From positions 32,001 to 96,000 of the forward strand of contig CAWFQB010000006.1 of assembly GCA_963817895.1 (NCBI GenBank): a DNA stretch of 64,000 nucleotides, read 5' to 3'. This document shows positions 29,668 through 40,313 of the stretch, in pieces; position 1 is the stretch's first letter, and each line of letters starts with the position of its first letter. Made by a program: the position numbers and the translations under genes. The stretch comes from an uncultured Chthonomonadaceae bacterium (GTDB taxonomy: Bacteria > Armatimonadota > Chthonomonadetes > Chthonomonadales > Chthonomonadaceae). The notes beneath the pieces are model-generated. The model saw nothing but the letters and a program-made list of their open reading frames with translations, did no database searches and was not told where the DNA came from.

Positions 29668-31356
29668 ATGGACAACGCTGTAACTCCTGTACAGGTTCCT
29701 GACGCTCTGGCAGCCCGGGTAGACCAGATGTTTCCGACGCTGACCCCGGCTCAACTCGCGCGCGTTGAATTGCATGGGCGACAACGTCAGATTCGCAAGG
29801 AGGAGGCGCTGATTGAGCCAGGCGATCAGAATCCGCCGTTTTTCGTGATCACCCGGGGACAGGTGGAAATTGTTCGTTTGTCCGGCAAGACAGCCGATCT
29901 CATTACGACGCATGGACAGGGCGCTTTTACCGGCGAGGTGAACATGCTTTCCGGTCGCCGCTCACTCATCCAGGCGCGCGTTACCGAAGCAGGCGAAGTG
30001 ATCGAAATGGATCGCGAACGCATGTTGGCGCTCGTGCAGACAGACTCGGAACTGGGCGAGATTATCATGCGAGCTTTCATCCTCCGCCGAGTGGGGTTGA
30101 TATCCAACGGGCTTGGGGATGTCGTGCTTGTCGGCTCGATGCAGTGTGGGCATACGCTTCGCGTCAAAGAGTTCCTGACGCGCAACGGCCATCCTTACGC
30201 CTACATGGACCTCGACCAGGAGGCCGATGTTCAGGAGATGCTGGATCGCTTCGGAGTCGGCGTGGGGGACATTCCCGTCCTGATCTGTCGGGGCGAGGTG
30301 GCGCTTCGCAATCCCACTAACGAGCAGATTGCCGACTGCCTGGGCTTCAATGCGGGGATTGATCCGACCTACATCCGCGATGTGGTCATCGTCGGCGCGG
30401 GTCCGGCGGGGCTGGCCGCGGCCGTGTACGCGGCATCCGAAGGTCTGGATGTCCTGGTGCTGGAAACGAACTCGCCGGGCGGGCAGGCCGGTTCAAGCTC
30501 CACGAATTGAAAATTATCTCGGGTTTCCCACTGGCATCTCCGGCCAGGAACTCGCGGGCCGCGCGTACAACCAGGCGCAGAAGTTCGGCGCGCAAATCGC
30601 CATCGCAAAAAGTGCCAGTCGGCTCGTGTGCGCCGAGCAGACCCTACGCGGTCGAAACCGGGAGCGACGCTGCTGTTCCGGCGCGAACGGTTATTATCGC
30701 GACGGGCGCGGAATACCGTAAACTGCCCCTCGATACCCTGTCGCAGTTTGAAGGCGTCGGGGTGTACTACGCGGCGACCTTCATGGAATCACAGGTATGC
30801 GGTGGTGACGAAGTGATCGTGGTGGGCGGCGGAAACTCGGCGGGACAGGCCGCCGTCTTTCTCGCCCGTACAGCAAAACATGTGCATCTGCTTATCCGGT
30901 CGGATGGCCTGGCAGAAAGCATGTCGAAATATTTGATACGGCGCATCGAGGAAACGCCTGCTATCACCCTGCACACGCAGGCGGAAATCACGGCTCTTGA
31001 AGGGGAGAGACATCTGGAATGCGCGTACTGGCGAGACAACGAGACCGGAACGATTACGGGCCACGACATTCGCCATATTTTCGTGATGACAGGAGCCTCT
31101 CCGGCAACGCAATGGCTGGCCGGGTGTGTCATCCTGGACGCAAAAGGGTTCATCAAGACAGGGCCTGACTTATCTCCTGAGGAATTGGCCGCAGCGCGCT
31201 GGCCCCTTACGCGGCCCCCCCCATCTTTTGGAAACGAGCCTGCCCGGAGTGTTCGCGGTCGGCGATATTCGGAGCGGCAACATCAAGCGCGTGGCGTCCG
31301 CCGTAGGCGAGGGGTCTGTGGTGGTCTCCTTCGTTCATCAGGCGCTTAACGAATAA
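29668..31356 (+). CDS. cNMP-binding domain + thioredoxin-reductase-like FAD oxidoreductase (frameshifts near 30500, 30630 and 31215)
   Basis: GAFTGEVNML; VGAGPAGLAAA; IENYLGFPTGISG; VGGGNSAGQAA; FAVGDIRSGNIKRVASAVGEG. Confidence 0.9.
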
Positions 31357-31437
31357 GAGCCTATCCCGATAGGTTTCCCTTCTCCCAAAGTTGGGAGAAG
31401 GGGTCAGGGGTTGAGGGCCATTTGGGATAGGCTCTTA
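31354..31437. mobile_element. MITE-like element, copy 1 (TIR GAGCCTATCCC; internal REP-like hairpin)
   Basis: TAAGAGCCTATCCC...GGGATAGGCTCTTA perfect 14-bp IR; internal CCCTTCTCCCAA-AG-TTGGGAGAAGGG. Confidence 0.7.
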
Positions 31438-31510
31438 GCAGAAGATAACGGGAAGTCCTCCTACCGGGGCATCCGGGCGTAATCTTAAAGAAGACGAAAG
31501 GACATCTGCT

Positions 31511-32914
31511 ATGACGATTGAGAATTGCCGGAACCTCATTATCGGAAGTGGAGAAGCGGGCAAGTACCTGGCCTGGACGCTGGGCAGGCAGGGAGAACAG
31601 GTCATTGTGGTTGAACGCGCTTTAATCGGGGGATCGTGTCCGAACATTGCCTGCCTGCCGAGTAAGAACCTCATTTACAGCGCAAAGGTGGCTGCTCTTG
31701 TCAGCCGCGCGCGCGAATTCGGTATCGAGACGGGGCCGGTGAACGTGAATATGGCCGACGTCATCCGCCGTAAACAGGAGATGGTAGACGGACTGATGCA
31801 ACTGCACGCGAATAACTTCAAAGCCAGCGGAGCGGAGTTGTGGATGGGTACGGCGCGCTTCACCGCTCCCAAAACGGTGCAGGTAACGCTGGCCGATGGC
31901 GAAACGCGGATGCTGCGGGGAGAGCGCATTTTTGTCAATGTCGGCAGCCGCGCCAGCCGCCCCAATGTTCCGGGATTGGCCGAGGCTGAACCGATGACCC
32001 ATGTAGAACTCCTGAACATTCAGCATCTGCCGGAGCATCTCGTGGTGTTAGGCGGCGGCTACGTAGGGCTGGAATTCGCGCAGGCGATGCGTCGCTTCGG
32101 GAGCCGGGTGACGCTGATCCATCCCGGCAAACAGCTTCTCGACCGCGAAGACTCGGATGTCGCGGACGCGCTCTTGCAGTTGATGAAAGACGACGGCATC
32201 ACGATTCTGCTGGAGACAGACCTGCGAAGCGTGACCGGCCGCTCCGGCGTACAAGTGCAGCTTCGCGTACAAACAGGAAGCGTAGCCTACATAATTGAAG
32301 CGACGGACATTTTGTTAGCAACAGGCAGAACACCTAATACCGATACGCTGGACGTGGAAAAGGCAGGCATTGCTCTGGATACGCGCGGCCATATTCGTGT
32401 CAACGACAGGCTGCAAACAACCGCCCCGGAGGTATGGGCAATGGGAGACTGCGCAGGAACGCCGCACTTCACCCATGCCGCCTACGACGACTTTCGCATT
32501 ATTCGCGACAACCTTAATGGGGGGCAACGTACTACGCGGGATCGTCTCATCCCGTATTGCCTGTTCACCGACCCGGAATTGGCGCATGTGGGTTTGAACG
32601 AAACCCAAGCGACTTCCAAAAGTATCTCTTATCGCCTGGCGAAGATGTCCATGTCGGCAATACTCCGCACCCGTACCGTTTCCGAGCCGCGCGGTTTCAT
32701 CAAGGCGTTGGTTGGGGACGATGACCGTATTATCGGATGCACCGTGTTTGGCCTGGAGGCCACTGAAATCGTAGCGACCGTTCAGGCGGCAATGCTCGGC
32801 GGTATGGCCTATACGACGCTGAGTAGTGGGATATTCACGCACCCGACGGTTTCCGAAGGATTGACAATGTTGTTTGGAACCATGCCTCCCTCCCACATAG
32901 CGAGTGCCTTGTGA
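31511..32914 (+). CDS. pyridine nucleotide-disulfide oxidoreductase (MerA/RclA-like, no C-terminal Cys pair)
   Basis: IIGSGEAG; GGSCPNIACLPSK; GGGYVGLEFA; FTHPT. Confidence 0.9.
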   Translation: MTIENCRNLIIGSGEAGKYLAWTLGRQGEQVIVVERALIGGSCPNIACLPSKNLIYSAKVAALVSRAREFGIETGPVNVNMADVIRRKQEMVDGLMQLHANNFKASGAELWMGTARFTAPKTVQVTLADGETRMLRGERIFVNVGSRASRPNVPGLAEAEPMTHVELLNIQHLPEHLVVLGGGYVGLEFAQAMRRFGSRVTLIHPGKQLLDREDSDVADALLQLMKDDGITILLETDLRSVTGRSGVQVQLRVQTGSVAYIIEATDILLATGRTPNTDTLDVEKAGIALDTRGHIRVNDRLQTTAPEVWAMGDCAGTPHFTHAAYDDFRIIRDNLNGGQRTTRDRLIPYCLFTDPELAHVGLNETQATSKSISYRLAKMSMSAILRTRTVSEPRGFIKALVGDDDRIIGCTVFGLEATEIVATVQAAMLGGMAYTTLSSGIFTHPTVSEGLTMLFGTMPPSHIASAL

Positions 32915-32984
32915 ACATAACCAGAGCAAAAACAGCGAGCGGACGGCGTTTTTGCCCCTGTTTTGTTCAGGAAAGTGGTAAAGC

Positions 32985-35628
32985 GTGAATCAAATGGAAA
33001 GAACCCTTACGTTTCTGTTTACCGACATAGAGGGCAGCGCGAAGCTATGGGAGGAGTATCCCGAAACCATGCCGTCCGCTCTTGCCCGCCATGACGCGCT
33101 GGTATGCCAGGCCGTCGAGACACACGGCGGCCATGTTTTTAAGACGGTCGGAGATGGCATTTACGCGGCTTTCGCCACAGCCCCGGACGCCCTTGCCGCT
33201 GCCCTTGCCGTACAAAAAGCGATATGTTCCGAGGCATGGCCGCTTCCTATGCGCGTTCGCATAGCCTTGCATACCGGCGTGGTTAAACAGCGCGGAGATG
33301 ACTATTTCGGCGCTCCCCTCAACCGCGTTTCCCGCCTCGTGTCTCTCGGATATGGCGGGCAGATTCTGCTGTCTGCCGCCACACAGGAATTGACGCGGGA
33401 TACTCTGCCTCTGCAATCAGGCCTGCGCTATCTGGGAGAGGTCCGGCTCCGCGATCTGGCGCGTTCCGAACATGTGTTTCAACTGCTCCATGCCGAATTG
33501 CCGGCCGATTTTCCGCCGCTAAAATCGTTCGCCAATCCTGACGCTCCCCATAACCTTCCCCGGCAGGTCACAGCGCTGATCGGGCGCGAAAAAGAGAGCG
33601 CGGAAGTCTTTCGACTGCTACAAACGTGTCCTTTGCTGACGCTGACGGGCGCGGGGGGCTGCGGTAAGACACGTCTCGCCTTGCAGGTCGCCGCCGAAAC
33701 GCTTTCAGACTGCTGCGATGGCGTCTGGTTTATCGAACTTGCGCCGCTGTCCGATGGGCATCTTGTCCTGCAGACCATCGCTGCAGATTCTAAATGTTCA
33801 GGAAGAGGCCGGAAAATCGCTTTTGCAATCCGTTATTGAGCGGCTGAGAACGAAAAAAATGGTTTTGGCGCTGGACAATTGCGAACACCTTCTCGTCGCG
33901 GTTGCGACGCTTGCAGATGCGCTGCTCCATGCCCTGCCGCGCCTGCGTATCCTTGCCACCAGTCGCGAAGCTCTGGCAATCGCCGGTGAAACGATTTACC
34001 GCGTTCCGTCGCTTTCGCTTCCCGACCCGAATGACACCCCAACGCCGGGAAGCCTTGCGCAATGTGAAGCGGCACAACTGTTTATGGCTCGCGCCCGCGC
34101 TGCTGCGCCCACCTTCACCGTCACCAACGCCAACGCGCCTGCCATCGCCGCCATTTGTCATCGGTTAGACGGCATTCCGCTGGCCCTTGAACTCGCCGCC
34201 GCCCGCTCCCGTTCCATGCCCATTGAACAAATCTCCGCGCGCCTTAACAACCGCTTTCAACTGCTCATCGGCGGCAGCCGCGCAGCGTTGCTCCGCCAGC
34301 AGACCCTCCGCGCGCTTATAGATTGGTCGTTCGATCTGCTCACCGGGGCAGAACAAGAGCTATTATGCCGCCTGTCGGTCTTTTCCGGTGGCTGGACGCT
34401 GGAAGCGGCGGAAGCGATTTGCGGCAATGACGGCCTGGAAGAGCGGGACATTCTCGATCTGCTGACCTCGCATGTCGATAAGTCGCTGGTCGTTTATGCA
34501 GAGCGAGAGGGCGCGGCGCGGTATCGGTTGTTGGAAACGATGCGGCAATATGCGGGCGACCGATTGACTGAACGCGGCAGCGATCAATCCGCGCAAATTC
34601 GCCATCGCGATTATTACCTGACGCTGGCGAAACAATCTTTCCCGCAGGGCAAAGACGCGCCCCGTAATCTTGCCCTTCTGGAAACCGAACACGATAACAT
34701 CCGCGCAGCATTATCCGCCTCATTTAGCGATCCGGCAAGCGTGGAACAGATGCTGGAGAGCCTCGTGCCTATCAGCACATTCCGCAGAATTCGCGGCTAC
34801 TATAGCGAAGCGCGAGATAGTCTACAGGCGGCGCTGACGGCGGAAGGAAAAGGCCGCACGACGGCGCGAGCAGGGGCTTTAAGTTCGGCGGTATTGGTCA
34901 ATATGGCGCTTGGCAATTATGACGAAGCGCGCCGACAGAGCGAGGAAAGCGTGGCAATCCAACGCGAACAGGACGAGCCGCTGACGTTTGCCGACGCGCT
35001 GATGAGTCACGGCAATCTCCTCATCGAAATGTGCCATTTTACGGAGGGGCGGCGTCTGCTGGAAGAGGGGCTGGAAATCCACCTGGCGCATGGTGGTTCC
35101 GGCATGGGCTTCTACGGCAATCTTGGGAATGCGCTCATCTATCTGGGGGAATACGACCAGGCGGAGCCTTTGCTGCAAAAACATATTTTGTTGTGCCAAC
35201 AGGTGGGAATGCAGGAATGGGAATCTGTGGGAAGACATAATCTGGGACGTATAGCGCTTGCGCGCGCTGATTACGACACAGCCCATCATTGTTTGCAGCG
35301 AAGCCTGGAAATTAGCTGCTCGTTAAATTACAGGACAGCGCTGCCTTACGTTTTTTTGAGTTGCTCCATGCTTGCTGCCGCCCTGAACCAGACGGAACGC
35401 GCCTGCCGCTTGCTCGGCGCGCACGATGTTTTGAATGAACGTATGGGATCACGTATTCCGCCCGCCGATCAGCCGGACTATGACCGCCATCGCGCTGCCC
35501 TCAGTTCCGCGCTCGGGGCCGACGCGTTTGGCTCGGATTATGATGCCGGTCGTAGGCTGGATTGGTTGCAGGCAATTACACTGGCAGCGGAAGACACCAT
35601 CTGTTCCGAATGTTTGCCTCCTGTTTAA
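32985..35628 (+). CDS. adenylate/guanylate cyclase-like domain + NB-ARC + TPR protein (frameshift near 33785)
   Basis: [60 protein letters not shown]. Confidence 0.9.
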
Positions 35629-36017
35629 CCTTCCATTTTTTGCACAATCCGGCAGTAGTGAAGGGGTTGGTCATTGCTACTGACAACAACGAGCAGCGCA
35701 ATGCAGATGTAGCAGCGGGCATAGACAACACGCCTTCCTCTTCCACGCTGGTATGACTACATTTTTGCGCGACATTTGTCAGATCGTTCAAAAAGTCCCC
35801 TGCGTCTGCTCGCGCCGTCTGTAAACAAATCGTGTGCCTAAGGGTTTAGAATTTTGGGGTGGCAGATACTTATCCTGTTGGCATGAGTGGAAAAGTTAAT
35901 AGTAGTGTGACGGACGCTTCACTTGCAGCAGGAAGTACGCTGTTTAATAGTGAAGTAAACACCACCTGAAACCTTAGAACCCTGAAAACTTAAACCCCTA
36001 TCCCCGGAGGTCCTGAC

Positions 36018-36770
36018 ATGATTCCCACGATTACCGACGCGCAGAAGCGGCAACTGGAAACCGATGGCTATTTTCTGCTTGAAAATGTGTTTACCGAAGA
36101 CGAAATGAACACGCTGGCGACGCAAATCGAAGCGCATCAGAAGCGACACGAGGAGCGCATTGCCGCGAAGGGCGGAACGGAGGGCATTTCGCGCGCGAAG
36201 GAGATTTCCTTTACTCCGTTTCTGGCGGAACAGGATGCGGATGTCCGCGCCTTTGCCACTCGCCCCGAATTCGTTGCCATCGCTACCGAATTACTGGGGC
36301 CGGATATTGACCTGTACTGGAATCAGGCCGTGTTCAAAGAGCCGGAGGGCGAAAAGGAGTTTCCCTGGCATCAGGACGATGGCTATACGCCCGTTTCGCC
36401 CTCCCCGTATCTGACGCTGTGGCTCGCGCTCAACGACGCGACGGAAGCAAACGGGTGTATCTGGGTTCTCCCCGGTTCACATAAAAACGGCGTCGTGGAA
36501 CACAAACCCTCGCCCATTGGTCTTATCTGCCACTCCTCGGATGATCCTGACCAGGGCATTCCGATTCCTGTCAAAGCCGGCTCTATGGGCGTGTTTTATT
36601 CCCTGACGATGCACAAAAGCGGCATCAATCGCTCGCAGGGTTCGCGCAAAGCCTACATCCTCCAGTACAGCCACGCCGAATTGAAAAACCTGCGCACAGG
36701 GGAAGTGCTGAAAGACAAAATTCCCGTCGCCCGCAACAGCAAGGCGGCGGAGTTGGTAAACGTTGACTGA
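36018..36770 (+). CDS. phytanoyl-CoA dioxygenase (PhyH) family Fe/2OG enzyme
   Basis: WHQD, WLALNDATEANGC...PGSH, HKSGINRS...R. Confidence 0.9.
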   Translation: MIPTITDAQKRQLETDGYFLLENVFTEDEMNTLATQIEAHQKRHEERIAAKGGTEGISRAKEISFTPFLAEQDADVRAFATRPEFVAIATELLGPDIDLYWNQAVFKEPEGEKEFPWHQDDGYTPVSPSPYLTLWLALNDATEANGCIWVLPGSHKNGVVEHKPSPIGLICHSSDDPDQGIPIPVKAGSMGVFYSLTMHKSGINRSQGSRKAYILQYSHAELKNLRTGEVLKDKIPVARNSKAAELVNVD

Positions 36771-36992
36771 CAAATCGCGCATTAACACGGCAGGCGCATA
36801 AGAGTTACCAATTATTGTGAAATCATGCAGGCAGAGCAATGGCGCATCAAGATATTGCGACATGATGAAATGCTTGCGAACGGTTGTCAATGACCGATAC
36901 ATTTTTAAGTTGTAGTCGTCTGCGGTAAGTGTCGTCTTCCGTTTGTCCACTGCCGGTCTGTGCGCAGGCCGGGTGTCAGGGAGGTGCTTCCA

Positions 36993-37916
36993 ATGCGAAC
37001 GTTCCGATTAATGTCCGTCCGTATCCGCCTTGCCCGCTGTTCCCGCGCCGCGATGTGGTGCGCTCTCAGTCTTTGCGCTATGCCGCTCAACGCCCACGCG
37101 CAGCAATCGCCGTCTGTTCCCGTGCTGCGCGCTGTGCCGCTGATAGGCCTGTTGTTTACCACGCCGCCGATTGCGAAAGCGCCGGTTGCAAAAGTGCCGG
37201 TACTTAGCGACCTGCCCATTATCGGCAGGCTGTATCGCGTGGAACCGAAAACGCCCGCGCAGCCGAAAGTGGCAGGCAGTCAGGATTCCAGTGGGCAGAT
37301 TGTCAGCCTTGAGGCCAAAAGCGCTACGCTCGGACAGGTCATCGAATTGCTGATGGATCAGGCGCATCTCAGTTACACGCTCGATCCCACTCTGGAAAAA
37401 ATTCCGGTCGGCAGCCTGAAACTGCGCAAAGTGCCGTTCGAGATCGCGCTGCGAACGCTTCTGAAAAGCGCGGCGGGACGCGCCACGTATACCTTTGAAG
37501 ACGGCATCTACCGCATTCTGCCGCATGAGAACCTGGACGTGGAACATCACAACTCTGTCGTACCCAATCCCGCTATCCCCGTAGTACCGGCAGGAGACGA
37601 TGCCAAAGCAGGCGTAGAAGTGTCGGACACCCCCTTTTTAGACGCGGGAAAAAAAGTCAATCTTGAACTTGACAACGTTCCGCTGTCCTTAGCGTTGAAA
37701 CTTCTGTTTGCTCAGGCCAAAATCAACCATACAATCGTGGTTGATCCAACGCTGCTCAACGGCCATATCACAGCGCATCTAAAAAATCTGGACGCGCGTT
37801 CTGCTCTGGAGCAACTGCTTAAATCCGCCGGAACCGGGTTTACATATCGCGTGGACAATGGCGTGTATCAAATCGTTGCCAGACCGAAGGACAATCCCGA
37901 AGGCGCAAAGCCGTAA
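36993..37916 (+). CDS. secreted protein with two secretin-like VPxLxxxPxIGxL[FY] motifs and two STN/N0-like domains
   Basis: Signal peptide ending AHA; VSLEAKSATLGQVIELL and VNLELDNVPLSLALKLLF domains. Confidence 0.65.
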   Translation: MRTFRLMSVRIRLARCSRAAMWCALSLCAMPLNAHAQQSPSVPVLRAVPLIGLLFTTPPIAKAPVAKVPVLSDLPIIGRLYRVEPKTPAQPKVAGSQDSSGQIVSLEAKSATLGQVIELLMDQAHLSYTLDPTLEKIPVGSLKLRKVPFEIALRTLLKSAAGRATYTFEDGIYRILPHENLDVEHHNSVVPNPAIPVVPAGDDAKAGVEVSDTPFLDAGKKVNLELDNVPLSLALKLLFAQAKINHTIVVDPTLLNGHITAHLKNLDARSALEQLLKSAGTGFTYRVDNGVYQIVARPKDNPEGAKP

Positions 37917-38019
37917 CAAAAAGGCTGCGAACGATGTAACTCTATCGCGGCAGTCAACGTCCAATCTTCGGCAGGCGAATACATCGCTGCCGGAGATTTC
38001 TTTTTGTGGGAGCCAATTC

Positions 38020-38763
38020 ATGTTTTTCAGAATTTCGCAATGCCGAGAAACGGCCCGACTGCGTTTTGCCGCGTTTTGCCTGCCTGCGGTTCTGGCAGGG
38101 GAACTGATGGCCGGTTTGCCCGCGCAGGCGCAGGAGGGGGCGGGCGCGTCCAACTCGCCCGCGTCGCCGATGGCAAAGGCCGTCACGGTAGACGCCGAAA
38201 ACGCCACTCTCGCCAGCGTGATTACCACGCTGATGCAGAGTGTCGGCGCGAACTACACGCTCGACAACAGCCTGCGAACCATTCGCGTCACCGCCCACCT
38301 GCATAACATTCGCCTTGACATCGCGCTGAATGTGCTGCTGCGCAACGCGAACCCGCCGATTACCTACAAATACGAAGACAGCGTGTACAGTTTCTTTCCG
38401 AAAGTGGAGCCGCCCGCGCCGGAAATCGTCGGCTCGGCGAATGAGGGGCTGCCTGTATTGAGCGGCCTGAGACACATTCAAGTAGTGCGCTCTAACTTTA
38501 TGGATGCGGCGGTACTGGCGCAAATTCTGGGCGGCATTCCCATCCGCGCGCCCGAAGGACAGACGTATGGACTGGTGGACCCCGCTAAACTGAACGGGGC
38601 CATTTCGACACCTCTGAACGGCGGCGCGAATGGCGGCAGCGCGGGGGCAGGCGGAAGCGTACAGGGCGGCAACAACCCCGCCGGGGGCAACGGCCAGAAC
38701 AGCGCGCTTCCCGCCAACCTGTTCGACTACATCTGGATCGTCAACGCGGGCGCGTATCGCTGA
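38020..38763 (+). CDS. secreted STN/secretin-N-like domain protein with Gly-rich tail
   Basis: Signal peptide ending AQA; VTVDAENATLASVI...NYTLD...VTAHLHNIRLDIALNVLL. Confidence 0.6.
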   Translation: MFFRISQCRETARLRFAAFCLPAVLAGELMAGLPAQAQEGAGASNSPASPMAKAVTVDAENATLASVITTLMQSVGANYTLDNSLRTIRVTAHLHNIRLDIALNVLLRNANPPITYKYEDSVYSFFPKVEPPAPEIVGSANEGLPVLSGLRHIQVVRSNFMDAAVLAQILGGIPIRAPEGQTYGLVDPAKLNGAISTPLNGGANGGSAGAGGSVQGGNNPAGGNGQNSALPANLFDYIWIVNAGAYR

Positions 38764-38788
38764 CACCATTTCGGCTGAAAACAACGGG

Positions 38789-38870
38789 GTAGGGGCGCTG
38801 CTTGCCGCGCCCTCTGCGAACTTGCAAAGGGCGCGGCGCAAACTTACAAGGGGCGCTGCTTGCCGCGCCC
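38789..38870. repeat. GTAG-type REP cluster
   Basis: GTAGGGGCGCTGCTTGCCGCGCCC, a second AGGGGCGCTGCTTGCCGCGCCC at 38849-38870, and an inverted partial GGGCGCGGC between them. Confidence 0.7.
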
Positions 38871-38898
38871 GTGCAAACTTGGCCGAAGGATAGTGCGG

Positions 38899-40065
38899 CT
38901 AATGGTTTTCGATGGGGACAGTAGCCGCGTTTCGGCGCAACACGACCTCGATCTTCGCCTTCTGGTAATCCGTGGGAACCTGAAACAGCGCGTCATCTAA
39001 GGGGGCTTCCGTAATGGACTTGACCTGCATCGTTATGGTCATGGTTTTGCGGCCCCCACCGCCGTAAGCGCCTCCGTAACTGCCGCCCGTACCGCCCGGA
39101 GACAGGCGCGTGGTGACAATCGTAGACAGAGGAACGCATTTCAGTTTGTTGATTTTGTCGCAAATCGACTTCAAAACGGCTGTGTCGGGAAGGGTTCCCT
39201 GTAGCAGCGGGAGCAGCGGGCTTTTGACTCCACCCGGCCATGCGGCGGCATCCGCCAGCCACAAATCACCCTGCATTTCGGAAGTCGGCAATGCCCTGCC
39301 TGCACCAGAACGCCCCCCGCCCTGTGGTCCACCGCCGCCCTGACCGCCGCCATCGGGGTAGCCACCACCGCCGCCACCGCCGTATCCTCCACCTCCACCT
39401 CGTCCGCCTCGCCCGCCCCTGCGTCCGCCCCCACTGCCGCCCATTCCGCCCCCGCCACCCCCTCTTGAAGGCGCTTCCATGCTGACGCGATCCGTGGCGT
39501 CAAGCGTGTATTTCAGCGTGTTGATGTCGTTGACGGTATGCTGCAAACCGGTCTTTTCCACATCTACTTTGGTATCCCGGCGCATACCTTCCGGCAGAAC
39601 TTCGGAAATAGGCAACAGGAAAGGCGACTGCGCGGGCGCGTCCAGCGCGTTCAGCCATTTGAAAACGTCTTTTGTACCCACGACGCTGTAGGTTTTCTGC
39701 GTGGGATTGAGGGCGTAGACTTTGCCCGCCGCGCTGTCATAAAGCATGACCAGCCCGCCTGCTGTTTCCCGACGCGCCATGCCGCCTTTGTAGTAGATAG
39801 TCACGGTTTGAACCGGGGTTTGCGATCCCGGCGGGGAGGGTTCCCCATCCGTAGACGGGTTCTGCGGCGGGCCAGACGGAGGCTGCGCGGGATCGGAAGG
39901 ACCGCCCACACCGGATACGGATAGCTCTGTGACAACTTTCACGTCTGCCCATACGGGTCGGTTTGCCGCGCACATCAGGATTGCGCCCGTGAGGAGCAGG
40001 GGAGTATAACAGCCTGAAAAGACTGCCAGGCGCTTGACTTCGCGCCTCATTCTGAATGTTTGCAT
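38899..40065 (-). CDS. exported protein, DUF4412-like, with Gly-rich insert
   Basis: VTIYYKGGMARRE...YALNPTQKTY; PLDDALFQVPTDY; start uncertain. Confidence 0.55.
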   Translation of the reverse strand: MQTFRMRREVKRLAVFSGCYTPLLLTGAILMCAANRPVWADVKVVTELSVSGVGGPSDPAQPPSGPPQNPSTDGEPSPPGSQTPVQTVTIYYKGGMARRETAGGLVMLYDSAAGKVYALNPTQKTYSVVGTKDVFKWLNALDAPAQSPFLLPISEVLPEGMRRDTKVDVEKTGLQHTVNDINTLKYTLDATDRVSMEAPSRGGGGGGMGGSGGGRRGGRGGRGGGGGYGGGGGGGYPDGGGQGGGGPQGGGRSGAGRALPTSEMQGDLWLADAAAWPGGVKSPLLPLLQGTLPDTAVLKSICDKINKLKCVPLSTIVTTRLSPGGTGGSYGGAYGGGGRKTMTITMQVKSITEAPLDDALFQVPTDYQKAKIEVVLRRNAATVPIENH

Positions 40066-40313
40066 GTTTCTTTCTGTCCATTTCGCTTGAATGTATGCCG
40101 CCAACAGGGGGAATACGAATCTGACGCCTGCTGTTGAGGTTAGTAACGGTAAATGTGGTTACAGGCAGACACGACTGGCGCGTCTGTAAAAGCGGAGTGG
40201 AAAAAGGGTAAATCTTCACGCCGGAATTGCCAACAATGCGGAAAGAGGCAGTTGATGGGCATCTGCTTCTTGACCCTGTTACACGGTGTAACAGTACCGC
40301 ACAGGAGGGCAAC

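Noticed and set aside
39300..39470. GC-rich triplet repeats (also 5200-5310)
   Set aside because: Explained by Gly-rich low-complexity protein linkers.
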